Of a stretch of 64,000 nt of DNA, positions 38,879 through 52,904 are shown piece by piece; positions within the stretch are counted from its first letter, which is position 1, and the number at the start of each line of letters is the position of its first letter. A program made the position numbers and the translations under genes. Under the pieces are notes generated by a model that did no database searches, was not told the DNA's origin, and saw nothing but the letters and a program-made list of their open reading frames with translations. Source of the stretch: the human T2T-CHM13v2.0 reference genome, Homo sapiens; assembly GCF_009914755.1 (NCBI RefSeq), contig NC_060931.1; one strand, given 5' to 3'.

Positions 38879-39539
38879 ACTTAAATTTCTATTATATCTG
38901 CTCTCATAATTACTACTAACCTAATCAATTTATAACTTCCAAAAATCTGTTGACATCTCTTGTTCTAATCTCTCTAGTTGAATACTTTAAAAAATAGATA
39001 TCTTACTGTCATTTTAGTGGAATTGCAAAAGGGAATAGAGTTAAAGTCTTTCTATTATATAATTAATTATGAAAAACTAAAAATATTAATTGCTTGGAAT
39101 ATAACAATACCAGAAAAAAACTACTTGATAAAAGAAAAACAAAACTAGAACAGCTGATTGCTTATTTTGGCTACATAATTTTTCACAAATGGCTTCAATG
39201 AATTTTCTTGCATTTGTACTACATTACCCTGAGTACTTGTCTGTTATGAATGTGGGATCACTATCACTCTTTTCTGTTAGTGAGATTCCTTTGTCTTTGT
39301 AGTTCCAGGTTAGAATTTGCCAGTAAGAGAAGTTGCATGAGGTACAGCAGTCAGAAGTAAAGAGGAAGCTATTATTGTTTGGGGGTAGCCTCTGCAGTCA
39401 GATGAGCAGGCTGGCAAAAGCTTTACACTGCCTTCCCAGCAAGCTCTTCAGAACCAACCACTTTATTGCTGCAGGCTGAGCAGGCTGGGAAAGCTTCTTA
39501 GAAAAAAAAAAAAAAATTGCAAACCTTCCAAGCAAGCTT

Positions 39540-42500
39540 TTTCTTTTTTTAATTGAGATAAAATTTAATTACTGTGAAATGTATAATTTGATACATGTAT
39601 CAAATACATGTATCAAATACACCCATGTAATAACAACTCGATCACAACCTAGAATAATTCCATCACTCTACAAAGTCCTCTGGTGTCTCCTCCCAGTCAA
39701 TTTCTACTCCACAGGCATCCAAACTTTGAATTACCATATAGATTGGATTTTTTTAACTTCATATAAATAGAATAATACAGGATATACGTCTAAGTCTAAC
39801 GTCTTTCTCTCACCTCGATGTTTTTGAAATTCTTGATGTTGTTACATGTACAACATTTTCCTTTTATTATTAAAGTATTATCTATTTATTAATGTCCCAT
39901 AATTTACGTTATAACACTCCTTTAATACACAGATATTAATATTCTTGTACAATTTCTCTGGACATATTTTCACTTATTTTGGGTAAATAGTTAAGAGAGT
40001 AATTGTTTAGATAGAGGACAAATATATTATCTTTATAAGAAGCAGCCAAATAATATTTTATCTCTACCAGCAGTGTCTGAGAGTTCCAGTCGCTCCACAT
40101 TTTCAACCAATTTAGTGTTGTCCATTTTTAACTTTTACCTAATCAAGAGTGTATAAAGTTTTTCAGTGTGGTTTTAATTTACATAATTTGAAGACTAATG
40201 ATGTTCAATCAGTTGTCATATGCTTATTTGCTATTTGCATAGCTTCCTTTTAACAATTTGATATCCTTCATGTACAGTAGAACTCACTGTTTTTAGCATA
40301 CAGTTCTGTGATCTCTGAGAAATGCATAAAATCATGTAACCATCATCAAAATCAATATATAGAACTGTAGTGTCACCCCCTCAAAATTTCCCTATGCACT
40401 AGTCAATTTGCTCCTCAATCTTCATGCCCTAGCATCAGTGATTTGTATCGTGCCCCTATAGTTTTTCCTATTCCAGAATATAATATAAATTAATCATACA
40501 ATATACAGCTTTTGGGGACTGCCTTCTCTCACTTGACATAATGCATTTGAGATCTATACATGTTGTTTCACAAATCACTAAACTGCTCTTTTCATAGCTG
40601 GGTAGAATTCTGTTGTACAGATATACCATAGTTTGCTTATTGATTCCCTAGTTGAGGGACAAGTTTATTGTTTTTACCTTTGGAATTACACATAAAGGTG
40701 TTAGAAATATTTATGTATAGTTTTTAATATAAATATGTTTTTATTTCAACTTGGGTGGAATCTTACAGGTGGAATAAATTACTGGGCACATATTAAGTAT
40801 GTTTTATTTTATAAGAAACTCCAAACTGTTCTCTATAGTCATTGTATCATTTTTTATTACCACCAGTAAAGTACAGCAGTTCCAATTGCCCTACACACTC
40901 ACTATTGTTTGCTATTGCCAGTTTGTTTAAATTTAGATGTTTTAATAGGTCAATAATGGCAGATCATTGTGCTTTTAGCTTGCATTTCCCTAGTGACTGA
41001 AGATGTCAAACATTTTTTCATATAATTAACTTTTTGTCTGTGAGAGATGTCTATTGAATTCTTTGCACACATTAAAAAATTAGGTTGTTGGTTTTCTTAA
41101 TAATAAATTTTGAGAGTTCTTCGGAACTCTTAAAATTTTTTTAGAGCAAAATTTACTAATTTTGATAAAGTCCAACTTACCAATGTTTGAGTGAATTGTG
41201 ATTTTGTTATCTTATCCAAGAAATCTTTGCTTAATCAAAGATCACAAAGATTTTTCTCCTATGTTTTCTTCTGGAATCTTTTAGTTTTACTACATCTATT
41301 GTCTATTTTGAGTTAACTTTTGTATATGGTGAAAAGTGTAGTTTGAAGCTTTTATTTCGTTTTTCTAGGCCCTCCTCCGTTTCTCTTTACCTCCCTCTTT
41401 CTTCTATCCTTCTCTCCTTTTTTTCAGTCTTTCTTTTGTTTTGTTTGTTGATATCCAATTTTTGTAGTGCCATTTGTTAAAAAACAATATTTTCTGCATT
41501 GAATTAACTTTTTCCAAAAGGTAATTTGCCATATATGTGTGATTCTATTTCTGGAATCCCTATCTATTCTGTTGGTCTGTGTCTGTGCTATGCCACAGTA
41601 GTCATGTGGGACTGGAATTTTCCTTACTGAGAGGGTTTTAACTATAATTGTAACTTCTTTCATTGACGTAGGATAGTTCAGATTAACTATTTCTTTTTGA
41701 ATACCTATGGGTAATTTGTGTCATTCAAGAGATTGAGCTATTTCATCTAGTTATTTGAATTTGTGATCAGAGGGTTTTTTCAGAATATTCCATTGTTATT
41801 GTATTAATGCCTCTAAAGCCTGTGGCGGTATCCCCTCTTTCATTCCTGATATTTGAAACCTTTGTCTTCTCTTTTCATTTTTCTTGTCTGCTTTTCTAGA
41901 AGCTAATCAATGTTATTTGTATTTTTATGTAACTACCTTCTGTTTTCACTGATTTTCTTTTCTTTTTTTTTTTTTGCTCTTATTTTTGTTGGTTTCTGTT
42001 CTTGATTATGCACTTCCCTCGTACTTCTTTGGACTTGAATTGTTCTTCTTTTTCTAGTTTATTAAGGTGGAAGATTAGTCATTGATTTGAGACACTTTTA
42101 CAATATAAACATTTAGATTTCTCTCTATGCTCTCTTTTTTTTTGAGACGGAGTCTCGCTCTGTTGCCCAGGCTGGAGTGCAGTGACACGATCTCGGCTCA
42201 CTGCAAGTTCTGCCTCCTGGGTTCACACCATTCTCCTGCCTCAGCCTCCTGAGTAGCTGGGACTACAGGCGCCCGCCACCACGCCTGGCTAATTTGTTGT
42301 ATTTTTAGTAGAGACGGGGTTTAACCATGTTAGCCAGGATGGTCTTGATCTCCTGACCTCGTGATCTGCCTGCCTCGGCCTCCCAAAGTGCTGGGATTAC
42401 AGGCGTGAGCCACCGCGCCAGGCCTCTCTATGCTCTCTTTTAGCTGCATCTCCTAAACTTCAGTATGTTGTTTTCTTTATGCAATTAAAAATATTTTAAT

Positions 42501-42870
42501 CTCCCGTGTGACTTCCTCTTATATTCATGGATTACTTGGAAATATGTTATTTGATTTTCAAATACTGAAGGGTTTTACAGATATCTTTCTGTTGTTTATT
42601 TCTAGTTGAATTCCACTACTACCTGAGAACATATTTCAATTCTTTCAAATTTCTTAAGATTTGTTTTATGAGCCAGAGTATGGTTTATCTTGGTGACTGT
42701 TCAGTGTAAACTTGAAATGAATGAATATTTGCTTTTCTTGGGGGAAGTGTCCTATAAATGTCAATTAGGTTAAGTTGTCCAATAGTGTTGTTCAGGTCTT
42801 CTATATCCTTACTGATTTTCTGTCATCTTGTTCTATTGATTACTGAGAGGGGAGTGTTGAACTCTGGTGA
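39540..42870 (-). mobile_element. Cluster of nested old L1MC/MD/ME fragments
   Basis: Two antisense L1 3' ends (about 39545 and 40250) and ORF2-like antisense sequence up to tgattactgagaggggagtgttgaac. Confidence 0.8.
42135..42424 (-). mobile_element. AluY
   Basis: Y diagnostics ctgcaag, ttcacaccattctc, ttagccaggatggtc; TSD tctctatgctctctttt at 42122-42138 and 42425-42441. Confidence 0.96.
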
Positions 42871-42879
42871 TGATATTAG

Positions 42880-45535
42880 ATACAGTAGGGCCTTGTAGAC
42901 TAGGTTACTCTGAGGAAAATTGAAAACTATTAGAGAATTTTGGGCAGTGCAGAGATATAACATGCCACATATTTTAAAAGAAAAACTCTGGCTGCTGGAA
43001 AAATAGATTCAAGGGAATTGAGGATTGAATCAAAGACACTTGTTAGAAAGTTATTTCAATTGCCCATGTGAGAAAAGAAAGATGACATATACCATGGTGG
43101 AAGTGGTAAAAAGAGTTAGATTTTTGATATTCTACAAAAATAAAGTCAGCATAATTTAGAAATAAATTGGATGTAGGATGTGAGTGAAAAGAAAATCAAA
43201 GATGAGACCAAAGTTTTTGTTTTGAATAACTGTAAAGGCATTGCTATTAATAGATCTGGGGAATGATTTGGACAAAATAGGACTTACAGGAATTTTGTAG
43301 ATATTCAGTGTTGGAAGCTAATTTGAAATTCAAGAAATCATTAGGCTACATGAGTCTGAAGTGGCAGGCAAAGGCAGGGGCTGAGATGCAAATTTGAGGG
43401 TTATCAATATATATTAATAGATGTGTGTTGAGACTAGTTGATGTGAGCAGATATTTTAAAATGAGAAGTACAAGAACAGAGCTCTGAGGCTCTGCATGAT
43501 GAAGAAATTAAAGAAATATTTTTAATAAAGAAGTGATTTATTGCATCTCATATTCCTTCAAAGGTTAAACATAATGATAATTGAATAAAAATGACCCTTG
43601 GATTTAGCAACATGGGGTCATTGGTGACTTCAGTAAGAGTAGATTACTTTCATTATATTTGTGAGGGCAGGGATCCAGTTTGTAATGGCTTTAGGGGAGA
43701 ATTAAAAAATAGAAAGTTGAGGGAGCCAATAAATTAAATGTAATACAAAATAGAGAAATAGGTTGGAGAAAGGAATCAAAGAACTTTTAAAATGAGAGAA
43801 ATATTGCATATTAATATGGTAAAGGAGAGGATATGATAGAAAGACAAGGACAAATTATAATTCAGGAGAGAATGAGGATATTTGAGGAAGCAAATCTTGA
43901 GCAGGCAAGAGGTAGTGGATTATGGTTCACCACTGGGAAGCAGGTTTTTTCCAAGGACAAAGTTTAGTCACAGCAACAGAAGAGAAAAGAGGTGCAGGTA
44001 AGTCGGTAAATATAGTAATAGGAATTTGTGAAAATTATCTTTTGATTGCTTCTATTTTCCCAGTGAAATGAGAATCAATAATTTCCATTGAGTGAATGTG
44101 TGGTGGCACTATGTTCTGAATGTTTGTGTCCCCCCTCGAATTCATGTGTTGGAATCCTAATTCCCAAGGTGATGGTCTCAGGAGGTGGGGCTTTTGGCTG
44201 GTGATTAGGCAGGAAGATGGCAAAATGGCACTCTCATGTATGGGATTAGAGGCTTTATAAAAGAGGCCCAAGGGAACTTGGTGGCCCTTTCCTCCAATGA
44301 AAAAGCATCAAGGAGGCACCTTCTAGGAACTGAAAAGTTGGCCCTTATCAAAAACCAAATCGGTCAGTGCCTTGATCATGAACTTCTCAGTCTTCAGAAT
44401 TGTGAACAATAAATTTCTGTTGTTTATAAGCCACCCAGCATATAGTATTTTATTACAGCAGTCCAAATGGACCAAGACAAGTCTTTTGAGATTTAAAAAG
44501 AAAAGGGAATAAATGAAATACTTATCTGGAAGGGTAAGAGATTAAATGGCCTAGAGAATTGTCCTGTGTGTTCAGAAAGCATTGCAGACCATTTTAAGGG
44601 AAGCTCTTAAATATCAACAAATGTGACCAGTTTGCATGACCACTGCTTTTCTCCATCCATGGATAAAGAGAAGAAATAGGTTGAGAATTGAGTTTTATTA
44701 AGGACCAGGGGGTTATTAAAAGGGGAAGAATGGGAAAGTGGCAAGACAGTTGAGAGGATAGGCAAGTGAGGGATTTTAAATTTGATTATAAATTTCAAGC
44801 TATAGAAACGGGATAATGACATGAATAGTGTGAGTGCTTGTGAAAATTCAGTAAGATAAATGGATTGTAATTCTGGATGGGGCGGAAGAAATGGGGAGGA
44901 GGACTAGAGAGCTTGAGCTGCAAAGATAGAAAGTGATGACTGGAGAGTGGTAGGTTTGAAACAGAGACTATGGGGTTGGGTTACTTTGATTAGTAAAGAC
45001 AATGTTTACAATATGAATATGGTAGTGAGTGACTGTGGTGGAGTTAGAAAAAATTATCTTGGAAATTAAGGGGCCAATATATGAAGAAAATTATCTTCGT
45101 GATTTGATATCAACAGAAAAAAGTAGAGGAGTAGTTTTAAAGACAGTAATTGTGAGTCAGGTGTCAAATCTTCAAGGGATGAGGAGCAAATGACTTGTGT
45201 CATTTGAACTTAGGGTCTTTAGAGAGAAAGAGAAGATAATATATTAGAATTGACAATTAGAATAAGATGAATATCTACTACATCTCCAGGCCCAGTAGTT
45301 AGAGGTGGTAAGAAAGGAGACAAACAGCAGGTACGTGAGCTGTGTGAGAAGCCAGAGGGCAGTAGAGCAGGAAAATGGCAGGAATATTCAGAAAAGTTTG
45401 AGAATATAGTGAGGTCTAGAGACCAAAAAATAGAAAGGCTTCAAGAGTTGGGAAAGGGAGAAAAAATAGATAGAAAAGAGGAATTAGAATCTGGGGTATG
45501 AGGAATAACCTGGAGACCTGAGATTGCTGGTGATT
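42880..45535 (-). mobile_element. L2 long antisense relic (interrupted by MLT1A0)
   Basis: ttttaaaagaaaaactctggctgctg; ttggatttagcaacatggggtcattggtgactt; purine-rich L2 antisense character. Confidence 0.7.
44107..44479 (+). mobile_element. MLT1A0-like MaLR solo LTR
   Basis: tatgttctgaatgtttgtgtcccc...aataaatttctgttgtttataagccacccag...ggaccaagaca. Confidence 0.88.
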
Positions 45536-45554
45536 AATATAAAAAGAGACAAAG

Positions 45555-46703
45555 TTTAATTATTCTCATATGGCAATCCAATTTTCTCAGCATCATTTGT
45601 TGATAAGGTGTCCTTTCCTAGTGTACGGTTTTTTGATTTTGTCAAAAATCAGTTGGCTGCAAGTATGCAACTTATTTCTGGGTTCTCTATTTTATTATGT
45701 TGATCTATGTATCCATTTTTATATCAGTACCATGGCGTTTTGGTTACTATAGGCTTGCAGTTGAAGTCAGGTAGGTGGGTATGTAAACTAGTATAACCTC
45801 TATGGAAAGAAGTATGAAGAGTTCTCAGAGAACTAAAAATTAAACTACTATTTGATCCAGTAATCCCACTGCTGGGTATTTACCCAAAGGAAAATAAGTC
45901 ATTATATCAAAAAGTTATCTGCACTTATATTTTTATCACAGCCCTATTTACAATAGCAAAGATATGGGCTCAGCCTAAGGTCCGTCAATGGATGACTGGA
46001 TAAAGAAAATGTGGTATACAATGGAATACTGTTCAGCCATAAAAAAGAATGAAATAATGTCTTTTGCAGCGACATGGATGTACCTGGAGACCATTATCTA
46101 AAGAAAAAAGTCAGACACAGCAAGACAAATACTGCATGTTCTCACTTATAGGCAGATGCCAAGTAACACATGGACATAAAGTATGAAATGATACCGTATA
46201 TTCAGAAGGTTGGGGGTCTGTGAGGGAGCAGATTATGAGAAATTACTTAGTGGATACGATGTACATCATCCCAGTTTGAATATGCTAGGAGCCCAGACGT
46301 CACCCATGATCTGGTTTGGCTGTGTCCCCACCCAAATTTCATCTTGAATTCCCATGTGTTATTGGAGAGACCTGGTGGGAGGTAATTGAATCATGAAAGC
46401 AGGTCTTTCCCATGCTGTTCTCGTGATAGTAAATAAGTATCACAAGATCTGATGGTTTTACAAAGGGGAGTTTCCCTGCACAAGCTCTCCTCTCTTGTCT
46501 GCTGCCATGTGAGATGTGATTTCCACCTCCCACCATGATTGTGAGGCTTCCCCAGCCACATGGAACTGTAAGTCCATTAAACCTCTTTTCTTTTGTAAAT
46601 TTCCCAGTCTCAGGTATGTCTTTATCAGCAGCACGAAAATGGACTAATACAACCCCTTAACAAAATTGGACTTATTACCCTTAAATTTATACAGATAGAA
46701 AAC
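45555..46703 (+). mobile_element. L1PB4-like 3' end with 5'-inverted ORF2 segment (45555-45773 minus), split by a THE1A LTR
   Basis: Antisense ORF2 up to ttgaagtcaggta, then sense ggtgggtatgtaaactagta...gcccagacgtcacc, resuming after the LTR to acccttaaatttatacaga. Confidence 0.8.
46307..46651 (+). mobile_element. THE1A-like solo LTR
   Basis: tgatctggtttggctgtgtccccaccc...ggactaataca; 5-bp TSD accca/acccc. Confidence 0.92.
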
Positions 46704-46781
46704 AGTGATAAAGGTTATAATTAGTTTGGGCCCAATGATTCCAAATAGATAGCGATGAAATTCAGAGAAAGAGGAAATGGC

Positions 46782-47072
46782 CTCACACCTGTAATCCCAG
46801 CACTCTGGGAGGCCGAGGCAGGTGGATCGCAAGGTCAGGAGATCGAGACCATCCTGGCCAACAAGGTGAAACCCCGTCTCTACTAAAAATACAAAAAATT
46901 AACCGGGCATGGTGGCAGGAGCCTGTAATCCCAGCTACTCGGGAGGCTGAGGCAGGAGAATGGCGTGAACCCGGGAGGTGGAGCTTGCAGTGAGTCAAGA
47001 TTGTGCCACTTGCACTCCAGCCTGGGCGACAGAGCGAGACTCTGTCTCAAAAAAAAAAAAAAAAAGAAAGAA
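46782..47072 (+). mobile_element. AluY, slightly 5'-truncated
   Basis: ggagaatggcgtgaacccggga, gagcttgcagtgag; TSD agaaagaggaaatggc at 46766-46781 and 47073-47088. Confidence 0.95.
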
Positions 47073-48140
47073 AGAAAGAGGAAATGGCATTAGAGGTTGG
47101 GTCATATAAGAGGAAGTTCTGGACTGGTCCTCTCTAGTGGAGGTCTACAGAGGGTAAGTCTAACTTTGAGTGTGTCCAGGAAATTCATGAAGGAAATGAA
47201 ATAATGTACCTGGCATGAGAAAGAGAATTTAAGTAATGCACAATTCAGAAACCCCTTATATTGTACTCACACTATATAAATTACACATCTTTCAGTTTAT
47301 ATTTAATATATTTTCTTTACATAGGTGAATATTATATTTCATTAAGTAATTATATTTTCTAAATGTGGCTAATTTATAACACGTATAATTTAATTTATAA
47401 CATTTTATAAATTATTTCATTTTATAACATTTGTGGATGATTTTGAAAATGATATGACGTTTCTAAAGATATGTAATCTTGTGTAAAATATAGGCTGAAA
47501 CTCTTCCAAAACCTAAATCATAGCTGATCCATCAGTGTCTGCTGTGTAAGTTGGTTATTAAAAAATAAATAAATCATAAATTCTATGAGCAAAGTTAATA
47601 ACAAATATAAGGGCTGTGGCAGGAGCCAGACCAGCCTCTCTTCTTCTGATTAAATGAGAGAGATTGATTTAAAATTTATACTATCAAGCAAAAGGCAATT
47701 TCTGTATTATCCCCAGGCAGTTAGTTACACATTGGTGAGAACACAGCCATGTTCCAAGTCTCTCCATTATATACACTTACTTTGAAATTGTTAGTTCATT
47801 TCATCATCAATCACCTACACTTTCATTCAGGAAACATAAACTAGCAATGCAGTTCATTTGTGGAACACTTTTCATACTTTGCAAAATGTGAAACTGAATT
47901 CTTCACATTGTTAAATTCAGCTTTATTTTTCACAAGGGAATTGTAAACACGTGTTAAGGAGAATCACCAAAGCGCTGAGGCAGAGGGTGAACATAGAAAT
48001 TATTTTCTTGATTCTTCTCTAAGCACAGTACTCTGAAATGATGATATTTAGTTGTAAACTGTCTTTTTCTTTTCTCCTAATGTAAATGAGAAACTGTGGT
48101 TAAAACCAGATTTTCTAAGCATTTAAGACAATGAAGTTAA

Positions 48141-48531
<391 letters not shown>

Positions 48532-51500
48532 TATTCAGTTTTTTAACAAGGATTTCCGAAGCACACAGCACATAGCACACAGACAAAATGAAAGCTTATG
48601 TAAATTCTAGAACACTCAAATAAAAGGTAGAATATTTTAATTATGTAAAACACTTTCTATCATTTAGAGGCTTGACTTTTCCCATTATTAATTTAGATTA
48701 GTTTTAAAAATATTCCAAATAATTTATATACTTATAAGTTTAATAATCAGTTTGACAAAATTTGAAAAATAATACATTCAAGTCATACTTGGGTATGTAG
48801 GGGGAAATGTTTCCAAAGAATCAACTGAGGAGATTTTTTCTCTTTAACAATTGCTTTATATTGAAATTTTTTCCTCTATTGCATTTTTTTTTCTTTGCAC
48901 TGCTGATCTAACTGTTTGCTGGCATATCCATTATCTTTTATAGTCACTTCAAATAGCAAAAGCATTAGTTGCATATAATTTTCATCACTTCTTCTCCTGG
49001 ACTTGAAACCAGTTCCCCCTGATTGCTTCATTTTAATAGCCTACACATTACACTAGAACGCTCCAACATCACATTGGTGCAAGGTGACTGTGACCAATGC
49101 AGAAGGCAAATTAAAGACCTTGAAAATGACACTGTGTACATAAGAGAAAACTACTTCCTTTGGTGGAGAAGCATGAACAAACAAAGTCACAAACATCTGG
49201 AAAATAGAAAGGTATTATAGGGAGAAAAAAAGAACAGAAATGTTTTTATTGAGACCCATGCCTTTATTGCAAACTTCCAAAGTTAGTTTGTCAGCCACAT
49301 TTGTGAGATTACAAAACATATTTTCAAGGGCAGAAAAATGATTTTATTGGCATATCTTTCTATTTGAATAGAATATATATCAGCAGTCACATCTTCCATT
49401 ATTCTAAATTATAGTCTAGTGACACTTTTGAGGATAATAATCACATTAACATAATCCTAAATTCATTTTAAAAATACACCACCCTCAATGAAATATGTCT
49501 TTGTGAAAGCAACACAAATGTTTTATTTTTATTTTTTTTAAGACTGAATAAATAAGGCTGTTTGATCCTGTGCAGACATGAGCAAAATGCTGTTGTTGGG
49601 TTATTTTTCTCCTTTTTTTCTTTTTCTTTCTTACTTTTATTTTTCAAAAATGTCATATATTCTTTCCTTAAGTGACTTGGATGGTTCTATGGCTCGAAAG
49701 AATACATCAGCTTTATTTGCAAGCAAAATGCCTAAACTCTGGCTATGTCCGCTGGAAGTCAAAGGGTATATCAAATATTCAAAGTTAAATTGTTTTGCTT
49801 CTCAACAATTCCATGAAAACCTTAAAATTTCTATTTGATTATTCAAAACAGGAGGCAGAGCATTTAATGGTGGGATCTATTGTTAAAGCAAGATCAGTAA
49901 CTTTTCAGCCCTGACTGCCAGAAGAAAACCAAAAGTATAGTTGGAGGAGGAAGAGAAAAAAGAATGAAAACAAAATCAGAAAAAGGAAAGTAAGACAGTA
50001 AGAGAAGTAGAAAAAGTAAATGACTTTTTCAGTATGTTAATAAGTGAATGACACAAAGGTATCATGAAGGAACATGAAAGAGTGCCACTGAGATCACTTC
50101 AATCATTTGTACGTGATACCAGCTCATTCACCCACAAACTTTTATGGTGGGACCAGTATTAGCAGACTGCTGCATCAATAGAAGGAGCTTGGTTTCTAGG
50201 CTTTTAAGCTTCTACTTGATAAACAACCACACAAACAAACAAAATGTCCTAAGGTAGGCAAGAACAGAGCTTAATACAAGTAAAAATGCAATTGACATCA
50301 ATGACTGAAAATCTAATTAGAGTAAAAGTTAAAAAAGACACAACTGGGAGCTGGAAAAGTTAAAATCTGGAATGCAACTAGCAAAAATGACAGAAGATTG
50401 AGTTTGAAAAGCATAGTGAAACAAATAAGCACTCTTTAAGATGGAATGACTACTTTGAACAAAGCATGGGTTAGCATAGAAAGTCAGTTGTCAAAGCTGA
50501 AATTTATCACTCATATTTCATCAGCAACTAATTCTCACAAGGAACTAGAGAACTTTAAATAAATTTAAAAAAAAACACACACTTAATGTGAGGGAAGTGC
50601 AGAATTCATTGGTCTCTCTGAAGTCATAATATCCAATGGCTTAGGTGATCAGGAAAAGGAACATGTCAGTTTAAAAATTTGCAAAACAATGAATTACTTG
50701 ATATATTTGGGGGAAAAGTGACAAATCTTTTCTAATTCAATTTTTAAAAGTTTTTTTTTTTCAATTCAAGCAAGGATCACTTTTAGGTTACCATTAAGAA
50801 TTATTTGATATGGCATAATAGTACAATTTACTGGAAAACAAAAAATAAGCTAATTCAATTTTTCAATTAAGTATGTACTAAATATCTACTGTATAATTGA
50901 CTTTTTCCTTAGAAGTATAAAATAAACTATATTCCTAAACTCAAAGAAAGAGTAATAGGAGATACATAATTAGGTTTACTGTAAAAGTGAGTCAAATATT
51001 TTGAAAACAAGTTAAAATCTCTTTTGGTTAGATTTTTAAAACTCAAGGAGAAGATTTTGAAAATCAATAAAAATCTATAAACATTAAAAATCATTATGTT
51101 CAATTATTTCAGATAAATTAATCATAATTGAGGCCTTTACTATATTTGCAATTTTTTTATGTGACATAAAGTTTTAAAGAATTAAGAAATGGCATGAGTA
51201 AGATATAAAATCTCCATACTTATCCTTTCAAATGGACAATAGACAATGTGCAAAGCTATTGTTGAATGATAATATTAACTTTAGAGGGCATGCATTAAGG
51301 CAGTTGTCATACTTGGAAGAGTTTGAAAATTATTTTATCCCACCTACACATAAAATATCTCCCATGTACAATTCCAAGCACTCCAAAGCTTACCAGGCAA
51401 AAGAGCATGGTGTTTAAGTATGGTAGATATGCTATACTCATGTTAGGTGGATTCCCTGTTTTGCTTATTTTTCTTTTCTCATTTGTCTCGTTTATGGAGT

Positions 51501-52904
51501 TTGAATCACAAAAGAGCTCTCCTCATAGACTTATTGTAATGACTAAATGAATAAATCTATAGCTCAAATCATGAGCAAAGAAAGTTCATTACAAACATTT
51601 AGATATTATGTGAAGTATTATAGCTACACTATGAAGATAAAGGGAATTTTGCAAAATTTGCACTGCTTTACTATATTGCCACTTATAAGTTCTCCATCAC
51701 ATGATATATAAGAGTTTTTTATTTTTCTTTATCTGTCTTGGAATACAGACAATTCTGGTGTAAATTTATTTTAATTTAGTCTTGAGAGTCACCCCTGTGG
51801 CTGCAAATTTCCTTTCCCATTTGCATCAAATGTATGGAGATTTAGGTTGTCATTTCCTACTTTTCTTCCTTGTGCATTTTGTAATACCCAGTCAGCAGCG
51901 TGGTCACTTATGGGTAGTTTTCACTTCAAGTCATTCAATCCCATGAGAACAAATATTTTTATAATCTTTAGCTCCTACTGTTAACAAATGTTCATGGGAA
52001 TACACTATAGCAGATTAGAATGATTTGCATATGTTGAGAAGATGCTAAGTTAAAACCATTAAATTATTATTTTAAGCAAAAAATAGCCAGCATGGGACTT
52101 AGTCCTGTCCTTTATGTAAACGTATAATTAAATTGTTAAATTTTTTTAGTGACTGTGTTCATGACTATGTTCAAATGTGACAATTTCTCAAACCGCTTTT
52201 ATACTTCCACTCACAAACCTTAACTTTAGTAACATATTTAGAAAGACTAGAATTAATCCACATTCCCTCATAAGTCAACCAGGATCCTTATCTCTCACAT
52301 AAATGTTGATGTGAACTATTTATCTGATATCCGTAACTTTGATTTTTTTAAAGGCACAAGGAAGATAAGAAGATTCATAAATAAACACAGCAAACTTAAA
52401 AGAGAAGTTTATAAAGAAAAAAATGTACTCAATAGACATAGTTTGATCATGTGTTGGTTAATAGTTTTGATAAGGATCACTTACGGTGAGAAATTTCTAC
52501 ATAGTCTGAAATATATTTGCTATTAGATTACAGTTGTATTAATTCCCTCAAAATGCCTATAATGCATTCTAAAAGGGTGTCACTGAAAATTCTTGGATTT
52601 TAGAAGTATTAAGCAAACTTAGATTGGTGGTGAGTTGTTTGGCACAGAAACTGACCCTGGAAATCTATTTTTGAATTCACACATAATTAATTTGGACCTT
52701 AATGATGTGTAACATAGCATGACATCTGCTGTTTTCAGCAGTGTTGCTGGCTTAGTGTCAGGACTATCATTAAATATTTAATAATATTATATATCTATGA
52801 ATACAAAATCTAATCCTGATTCTTAACTCATTTTACAAAATGCCTGCTCAGAATGCTGCTCACTTTAACTCTACGTGAATCAACTATCTAAAATATTCAA
52901 AGGT

